From the sequence record MT133560.1: a stretch of 64,000 bases of DNA, one strand, 5' to 3'. The notes beneath the pieces are model-generated. The model was not told the origin of the DNA. It saw only the letters and a program-made list of their open reading frames with translations, and ran no database searches. Below, one piece after another: positions 57,381-64,000 of the stretch (position 1 is the first letter of the stretch; each line of letters opens with the position of its first letter). Both the position numbers and the translations under genes were made by a program.

Positions 57381-58509
57381 TAAAACAAAGAAACCTGGCA
57401 TATTTCGATATTTAACAGTAGGCGATGTCCACATGGGGCATCGCCAAACCCCTACTGAACTAATCATCAATAACTTTTGGAAAACTGTCCCTGATACAAT
57501 TTTAAAAGATATTGATATGCTGATTATTACAGGGGATTTATTTGATCGCCAATTAAACAATGGCGATCCAGCTGCATACGCAATTGATAGATTTATTACA
57601 ATACTTCTCTACAAATGTGAAATGTATAATGTAATGATCCGTATTGTTGAAGGGACCCCATCACATGACCGTGGGCAAATGCAGTTTTTCGTAGAACAAA
57701 AAAATAATGCTAATATTAAAGTTGATTTGCATTATTCAAAGATTCTCGATATTGAGTATATTGAGAAACTAGATGCATATTTCCTTTATGTCCCTGATAA
57801 ATGGAATCCATCCACATCAGAGACTTTAAATCAAGTAAAAGATTTAATGCATAAGAAAGGTATATCTCAAGTTGACTTTACTATTTTACATGGTGCATTT
57901 AAACACCAGCTACCAAGTATTGTTGAAGAGCCAACACATGATCCAGATGAATATTTAGCATTAACTAAATATATGATCAATGGTGGACATGTCCATGAGA
58001 TGTCTATCTATGAACGCATTTTAGCTGCCGGCGGATTTGACCGATTAAGTCACAACGATGAAATTCCAAAAGGATTATTTGATGTTGTGGTAAAAGAAAA
58101 TGGTGAATGGACCGCTACATTCCTTGAGAATAAGGGTGCGCGTAGATATGATACTTTGAATGTCCATGGAATGGATACTAAGCAACTTAATTACACTGTT
58201 AAAGAACATATCAAGACACTACCAACTAACTCTGCAATTAGGTTAAGATGTAATCCAGGTGATGTAGCTACTGGTGATCTCGATACATTTCAAAATGAAT
58301 ATCCTAATTTTTCATGGAGTATCTTAATTGAAAAAGTTACTACAAAGAAAAATACTGTGTCAGATAGCCTAAAGAATTTTGATTTATCAGAATTTTTGGA
58401 TATAACTCCAGAAAGTATTTCTGATTTAATTATTCCAGATATTGAAAAATTTACAGCGGACGCTGCTCAGATCCAGCGGGTATTGGGATTATTGACAGAG
58501 TTCAAATAA
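57370..58509 (+). CDS. sbcD: SbcD/Mre11-like metallophosphoesterase nuclease
   Basis: GDVHMGH, GDLFD, EGTPSHD, HGAF and GGHVH motifs. Confidence 0.9.
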   Translation: MKTDKTKKPGIFRYLTVGDVHMGHRQTPTELIINNFWKTVPDTILKDIDMLIITGDLFDRQLNNGDPAAYAIDRFITILLYKCEMYNVMIRIVEGTPSHDRGQMQFFVEQKNNANIKVDLHYSKILDIEYIEKLDAYFLYVPDKWNPSTSETLNQVKDLMHKKGISQVDFTILHGAFKHQLPSIVEEPTHDPDEYLALTKYMINGGHVHEMSIYERILAAGGFDRLSHNDEIPKGLFDVVVKENGEWTATFLENKGARRYDTLNVHGMDTKQLNYTVKEHIKTLPTNSAIRLRCNPGDVATGDLDTFQNEYPNFSWSILIEKVTTKKNTVSDSLKNFDLSEFLDITPESISDLIIPDIEKFTADAAQIQRVLGLLTEFK

Positions 58510-58521
58510 AAGGCAATAATA

Positions 58522-59352
58522 ATGGATATTATCGAGAGAGATGTAGGTGCTAATATTCCGATTAGCATTGGAACTTCTTTTGCTCTCGAAGGGCTTATAG
58601 GAACACATCCACAAAAGCCTAGACAACCAACTGATGTTAAGTCTATTAAAGAAATATGGATTAATGTCCGTACTCTTGCAAGAAATATGTGGCAGGCTAT
58701 GAAGTCTGAACAACAAACTAATATTAACTTGGTTGCAGCAGTCGATGTTTTATTTCAAGAAGCACAAACAATCCCGGTTGCTTTACGGCAATCGGGGATA
58801 AAAGCAACTGTAAAATATTACATTACTGGTCGAGATGCAGTGAAGTGGTTATTCCCTAAAGCTACATTTAAAGTATCACGAACACCGCAACAATTAGCTT
58901 ATGATGTTTATGAACGATTTGTATCAATTGAACTATACCAGAAGTTAAAAGATACAGATTTAACTACAATGGAAATATCTAATAAACCTCCAAAGGTTGA
59001 AGGTACTGTTTTACTATTAACCCATTTCCCACATGAACTATTATGGAAACCCCATTTTAATAGACTTCTTTTATTGGAATCCCATACGGGTAAAATAAAG
59101 ACATACAACATGTGGTATACTAAACTAAATGGTTTAAAAGAAGATACTCCATTTCCTTTTACATCATTTGCTATACAGATATTTGGCGATAAACAATTAC
59201 TTGAACCACAAGACAAAGCTATTCGTGCGCAATTAAAACAATTGGCACAATCTAGAAAATGGACAGGATTAACAACACCAGATAAAGTTCATCATGACAT
59301 TACTGCTTATGGTTCTAAAGAGTTAAAAGAAGCATACAAGAAATTCAAATAG
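58522..59352 (+). CDS. conserved protein, possibly a degenerate FEN/RNase H-like 5' nuclease fold
   Basis: 276 aa; IWINVRTLARN, LLLTHFPHEL and IFGD fall at FEN-like positions; tentative. Confidence 0.55.
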   Translation: MDIIERDVGANIPISIGTSFALEGLIGTHPQKPRQPTDVKSIKEIWINVRTLARNMWQAMKSEQQTNINLVAAVDVLFQEAQTIPVALRQSGIKATVKYYITGRDAVKWLFPKATFKVSRTPQQLAYDVYERFVSIELYQKLKDTDLTTMEISNKPPKVEGTVLLLTHFPHELLWKPHFNRLLLLESHTGKIKTYNMWYTKLNGLKEDTPFPFTSFAIQIFGDKQLLEPQDKAIRAQLKQLAQSRKWTGLTTPDKVHHDITAYGSKELKEAYKKFK

Positions 59353-59438
59353 AAGAAATACTTGTTGCGATAATATTACGTAGAAATCATTTCCCATCTA
59401 GTTAAAAGAATCTAGTTTTAATTTGGAGTTATCACATC

Positions 59439-60179
59439 ATGTCACAACAGCAGCCTAATGCACCCGTAGTTAACCCTTTTAACGTAATGAATACTTGGCT
59501 ACATGCCAAACCATGTGAGGGTTCTCAAAAACGACCGACGCTGCGTTTTGGTCTGTTTAAAAACCAACCACGGGTTACTGTTCGTACTAATGTACCTGGT
59601 GATAAAGACCATGGTAAAATTGAGTTCAATACTGACCTAGCAACCTTTGCATGTTTCATTAAGTTTGCAATGGACTTAATTGAAGGTAAAACTGAAGATA
59701 CTGAACGCGTCTTTGTTTACCGCAATAACTTCGTAGCTGGTAAAAAGCGTGATAATTTTATTGAGCTTTCTAAGCTACATGTTGGCCGTGCACAAGATGG
59801 TCGAATTTACATCGCAGTGCTGAGCACTCAACCTGATCGTCCAAAGATCAAATTCTTCTTTGGCCCGTCCCAATTCCATGATATCCGCAAAGCAGATGGT
59901 AGTCAGCTATCACCTAAGGAAATGTCTGATGCTTATGCATACGGTTTCCTAGACCCCGCATATAAACTAGTAATGCATCTTCTAGTAACTGAATTCGATC
60001 CAGATGCTAAAGGTGTATCTAACCCTGCTAATTTCAATCAGGGTAATGGTAATAGCGGTGGTTACAATAACGGTGGTCAGCGCAATAACTATAACAACGG
60101 TGGCAATAATAGTTATGCTAAGCCGGCTAATAATAGTTATAATGACTCAGCTTTTGATGAGGATATGCCTTCCTTCTAA
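59439..60179 (+). CDS. chmC: ChmC-like nucleus-associated RNA-binding protein (gp67 position)
   Basis: folded N-terminus plus N/G/Y-rich tail ending DEDMPSF; directly upstream of the gp68-like gene. Confidence 0.75.
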   Translation: MSQQQPNAPVVNPFNVMNTWLHAKPCEGSQKRPTLRFGLFKNQPRVTVRTNVPGDKDHGKIEFNTDLATFACFIKFAMDLIEGKTEDTERVFVYRNNFVAGKKRDNFIELSKLHVGRAQDGRIYIAVLSTQPDRPKIKFFFGPSQFHDIRKADGSQLSPKEMSDAYAYGFLDPAYKLVMHLLVTEFDPDAKGVSNPANFNQGNGNSGGYNNGGQRNNYNNGGNNSYAKPANNSYNDSAFDEDMPSF

Positions 60180-60188
60180 AACATATTT

Positions 60189-60215
60189 CGGTGCTTACTC
60201 TCGAAGTAGGCACCG
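60189..60215 (+). terminator. terminator-like hairpin
   Basis: cggtgcttact-ctcga-agtaggcaccg. Confidence 0.6.
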
Positions 60216-60246
60216 ATATGCCCTCAGTACTAAATACCGTTATACT

Positions 60247-60274
60247 AAAAAAAATTTGAGATCTATATTACTAA
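60247..60274 (+). promoter_or_regulatory. phage promoter (TATATTAC at 60264-60271)
   Basis: aaaaaaaatttgagatc-TATATTAC-taa. Confidence 0.85.
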
Positions 60275-60304
60275 CATGTATCTACATTGGTAAAAGAGGT
60301 TAAA

Positions 60305-61870
60305 ATGCAAATCATCGTTACAGGAGTTCAAGGTACTGGTTTTACTGAAGTGGCTACAGAACACAATGGTAAACGTTTAACTTGGACAACTACGGCTTAT
60401 AGTAAAATCCGTGTACAAGATCAACAACGCGTATTCCAAGAAATCAATGATTATTGGAGTGGCCTAAGTGCTGAGACACAACAACATATCTGGAATTGTT
60501 ATGTAGAAATTCGTAAGATCATGGATATGGCTATGGATCCGATGAGGATTGCAATGAGTCTATCCTATTACATCAAAGAGATGTATAAAGCCATGCCGAT
60601 GAACAGTTTTCGGCGATGGCTACTAACTATTGGTAAACTTTATATTCCAGTAGATATTGAAGAAGTTATCACTGATGATTCACGATATAATCGACCAGAT
60701 CAAACATATCTGAAACATGACTATATTAACCTTGCATCTGTATCACTAGCTCTTCGTCCTTTAGTACCTATTTGGGGCGAGTTTATTGATCAGGGCACTT
60801 CTCAGGAAATGCATAAAGAGTGTGAAGTAATCAGCCTCATCTCGGATTGTGAAGTTAACCATTGGCCTGTTGATGAGATATCAATTGATGGAACTCCAGT
60901 AGAAACAGCTTATGATAAGCTAAGTGCATATGTTAAGTTTTGTGTAGAAGATGAAGCACCCACCTTAGCCAACCTTTATAGGGGTATGAGTTCAGCTGAA
61001 GTGCCAGATATCTTACAGGCTAAAGTTATGGTTAGGCGATTAACCATTCTACCATTAAACGATGCCACCTCACATTCCATCGTTTCAAATATGTTTAGAT
61101 ATGTTAAGTCAAATCTAAACCCTGCGGAACGATCAACTGCTGACCGGGTTAATGATAAACGGCCAGATAAAGGTGGTATTGATGATGATGATAAAACATC
61201 ATTTATCGAATCGCATAAAACTAAACAGCGAGTTACTCCTGGTGATATCGTAGCTTATAACTTAGATGCTCTTGATGTAGTTAAACTTGTTCACAAAATC
61301 GATGACACTGTCCCACTAGAGTTAATTCAGGAATGTCTAGATTGCGTTGCAGTTACAGCTACTAAAGATATCTATCCACACCAGATATTACTTGCGCAAT
61401 GGGTAATGCACAAAGCTTTTCCTGCAAGAGCATTCAGCCACATTAATAAGAATGCAGTTAACCATTTGTTGGCAGCAGCTCAGTCACTAATGTGGCATTG
61501 GGGTTTCCAACAAGTTGCTGTATTTATGCAAGTAGAATTGTATTATAGTGGTGATCATGCAATGTCCATTCAACCACGTAATAGTACACGTATTCAAATT
61601 AAATATAAGGATGTGATGGATGAACTTTATCCACATCAGCGACAACAACGAGCTATTAACGGTGTTCCAGTAGCACCTGTAAATATTGCGGGCATTGCTG
61701 TGCAATCTGCACATGCATCCATTAGATCTAGTAACTGGATCTATCATGGACCCGATCGTTTATTCAAAGAAGCAGAACAGGTAACTCAGAATAAAGTCCT
61801 TGTTGTACCGGCCACAATTAAGTCGGTGATCACCGAACTGGTAATTCATCTGGGTAAACTTAATCAGTAA
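60305..61870 (+). CDS. nvRNAP promoter-specificity (sigma-like) subunit (gp68-like)
   Basis: about 521 aa from ATG 60305 with GAGG RBS; recalled sequence and position. Confidence 0.85.
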   Translation: MQIIVTGVQGTGFTEVATEHNGKRLTWTTTAYSKIRVQDQQRVFQEINDYWSGLSAETQQHIWNCYVEIRKIMDMAMDPMRIAMSLSYYIKEMYKAMPMNSFRRWLLTIGKLYIPVDIEEVITDDSRYNRPDQTYLKHDYINLASVSLALRPLVPIWGEFIDQGTSQEMHKECEVISLISDCEVNHWPVDEISIDGTPVETAYDKLSAYVKFCVEDEAPTLANLYRGMSSAEVPDILQAKVMVRRLTILPLNDATSHSIVSNMFRYVKSNLNPAERSTADRVNDKRPDKGGIDDDDKTSFIESHKTKQRVTPGDIVAYNLDALDVVKLVHKIDDTVPLELIQECLDCVAVTATKDIYPHQILLAQWVMHKAFPARAFSHINKNAVNHLLAAAQSLMWHWGFQQVAVFMQVELYYSGDHAMSIQPRNSTRIQIKYKDVMDELYPHQRQQRAINGVPVAPVNIAGIAVQSAHASIRSSNWIYHGPDRLFKEAEQVTQNKVLVVPATIKSVITELVIHLGKLNQ

Positions 61871-61886
61871 TAATTGAGGTAGTTCT

Positions 61887-63560
61887 ATGTTAGGTTTTAA
61901 TAATTCAGCAATGGGCGGTAATACTGAAGTACAGATTGAATCATTCATTCTAGTACAAACTGGTACTTATCAACCTGAACATGTTCGACCATTTACTGTA
62001 GAGGTCACTGAGAACTCTATTGAACGTTTAAAAGAAGCAACTAATGATGGTCGTAATCTAGGTGTTGCAGCTGTACAGCAAATTGCAGCTGATGTGATCG
62101 CACCACGTGCTCAAACTCAAGGCGAAGTCCCTATCGTCAATGGTTGGGGTGAACGCCGGTTTAGGTTCATGATGAAAGTATGGGAGAATAACCGTTTCTT
62201 TGGTAATACCCGTACTTGCCGGATTCTATTTGGTTGCTCTGACCATTGCTCTATTAGTCCGCTTAGCAATAGTCTAGATCCTAACATGCGTATCTATTTT
62301 AATAGTGAAACTGTTATTGTAGAGCGTCAACGACCAACTGAGTTTGGTGTGGTTAAACAAGCACATATCTTAGGTTCTAACCAGATCCTTGCACCCGTCG
62401 ATATCATGAGTGATATTACTATCCCTCAGAACGGGTTTAGCATGTATACTGGAACTTCATCATATCTCCAACGGCCAGAAGATGTTTTCCAAATTCAGCA
62501 AACGATGCAAGTAGCTAAACGCATTGAATCAACTGGACTACATCAAGGCGTATTTGACCGGATCATTGACCAACGCTCCAGTGTTGGTGAAGCAGGCACT
62601 TTCCAATATTCAAATCGCCGTGATACTTCTCCTACTCGTTATCTATCTAGTACTCTTAATGCATGGCAGCATTCTGTTAAAGAAGCTGAGATGGCTAATA
62701 ATGATAACGATAATATCTTTGGAGGTGTCTCTGATGAAGTGATGCTAGGCGATGCATCTGCTGTACTTCGAAATCAAGATATCCATTCCAATATGTTCAT
62801 GCGCATTCTAAAAGAACGCTGCAATTACATGGAACGTGGCTTTGTTACACTGGCTGACCTACAACGAGTATTCCCTGAACTACTGGTTGATGGTGTAGTT
62901 AAAGCTGGTATGGATAATGGTAATTCTCAACGCTTCGTTAACCGAGCAGAGCATTCCATGCATTGGGGTGGTGCAGATCATCACACTGTTGCAGCATCTC
63001 TACTTGCACAAGTAGTTCCAGCAATCATGATGGATAACTATTTCCGGGTAACCTCCTTTGCAATTACAAATGGACATGGAGCGAATAACTATCTATTCGA
63101 AATGCATCCAAATGGTACCAGGAGTATCATGGATGGAATTGATATGACTCCACAGATTAATGACTTTGAACGTCGTCTTATTACCGATGCGATTAACAGT
63201 ATCTCTTATGGTAACCAGATTCCGTTTAAAATTTCCATGCACTCTGACTTAGCTGGTGATACTGTTATTGATATCAGTCTAAATCATGAATCGGTAGAAC
63301 GATTTATTGCACCGACTTTCATTGATAGTCTGTTCAGTCCGGTTATTACTCGGGATGCTTCTGCACCAGCGATGATCTCCAATGACCTTACCTATCTTGT
63401 TAAGAATGTTATCCCCACTAAGACTCAACAAAACATTCTAAACAGTAGTGGTCAGCCGATTAACATGCAACCGTATCAGCACCCTGTGGCTCAACCTGCT
63501 CAAATCAATCCTAAATTTGGTGATAACAATGCCTACGATTTCTCTTTCCAAGTTCTATAG
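61887..63560 (+). CDS. picA: phage-nucleus protein import factor PicA/Imp1 (gp69-like)
   Basis: 557-aa ORF immediately after the gp68-like gene; Q/P-rich tail; conserved position. Confidence 0.8.
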   Translation: MLGFNNSAMGGNTEVQIESFILVQTGTYQPEHVRPFTVEVTENSIERLKEATNDGRNLGVAAVQQIAADVIAPRAQTQGEVPIVNGWGERRFRFMMKVWENNRFFGNTRTCRILFGCSDHCSISPLSNSLDPNMRIYFNSETVIVERQRPTEFGVVKQAHILGSNQILAPVDIMSDITIPQNGFSMYTGTSSYLQRPEDVFQIQQTMQVAKRIESTGLHQGVFDRIIDQRSSVGEAGTFQYSNRRDTSPTRYLSSTLNAWQHSVKEAEMANNDNDNIFGGVSDEVMLGDASAVLRNQDIHSNMFMRILKERCNYMERGFVTLADLQRVFPELLVDGVVKAGMDNGNSQRFVNRAEHSMHWGGADHHTVAASLLAQVVPAIMMDNYFRVTSFAITNGHGANNYLFEMHPNGTRSIMDGIDMTPQINDFERRLITDAINSISYGNQIPFKISMHSDLAGDTVIDISLNHESVERFIAPTFIDSLFSPVITRDASAPAMISNDLTYLVKNVIPTKTQQNILNSSGQPINMQPYQHPVAQPAQINPKFGDNNAYDFSFQVL

Positions 63561-64000
63561 TGATCAAGTATTACCTGCTTTCCGATACAAAGTAGGTGAA
63601 GAGGATATGATCAGTATTCTCGATCCACTTGGTCGACCAGCACCTGCAAAGGTAGATGGTAAGCGACTAGTAGTACCTACTAAAGATTGGCTTCGTAAAG
63701 GGCTTGGCGATGATTACATCGCCTTCCACCCGCTATCTGAAAAGATCTCTCGGCTAGGTACTTCTCAAGTACTACAGCATATGCAGCGTCAAGTTAAGGC
63801 TAACCTAATGTTTACTGTGAAGTATCTTACTTCACGTATTTTAGAAGTAGCTGCCGACTCTACTCTGCATAAAGACATTCCACCAGAATGTTCAGACTTC
63901 CTAAAGAAACTATCCGGTGCTAAGCCAGATACCATTGAGTGGTTTAATAAGGTTGTCAAAGCTGCTGAAAAACGTTCACGTTTTGTAAGCGTGTATCTAA
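63529..64000 (+). CDS. conserved protein (gp70-like), 3' truncated by the window
   Basis: manual translation MPTISLSKFYSDQVLPAFRYKVGEEDMISILDP...; open to the window end. Confidence 0.75.
   Translation, partial: MPTISLSKFYSDQVLPAFRYKVGEEDMISILDPLGRPAPAKVDGKRLVVPTKDWLRKGLGDDYIAFHPLSEKISRLGTSQVLQHMQRQVKANLMFTVKYLTSRILEVAADSTLHKDIPPECSDFLKKLSGAKPDTIEWFNKVVKAAEKRSRFVSVYL

Overview
This is 64 kb of an AT-rich, nucleus-forming jumbo phage genome, very close to Pseudomonas phage phiKZ. The gene order matches my recollection of phiKZ gp1 to gp70. All gp numbers and family names are from memory, not from a database search. From left to right the window holds: DHFR and a promoter/terminator-punctuated early region of small unknown genes; the terminase and baseplate/capsid/sheath/tube block; Dip, PhuZ tubulin and a Cys phosphatase; an array of small overlapping genes followed by the PolB polymerase-domain subunit; chimallin; the non-virion RNA polymerase beta' N-terminal subunit; and the SbcD-like nuclease, ChmC, gp68-like and PicA/Imp1 block. 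Four observations stand out. (1) The RNAP gene is split by two group I introns, each carrying an HNH endonuclease, and a 126-nt middle exon with the catalytic NADFDGD motif is missing from the ORF track. (2) A roughly 340-nt, fully structured non-coding element lies between chimallin and the RNAP gene. (3) A small promoter-plus-ORF cassette is flanked by a diverged duplication of a gene junction. (4) An early protein ends in a ribosomal L7/L12-CTD-like motif. I found no tRNA, rRNA or CRISPR array.
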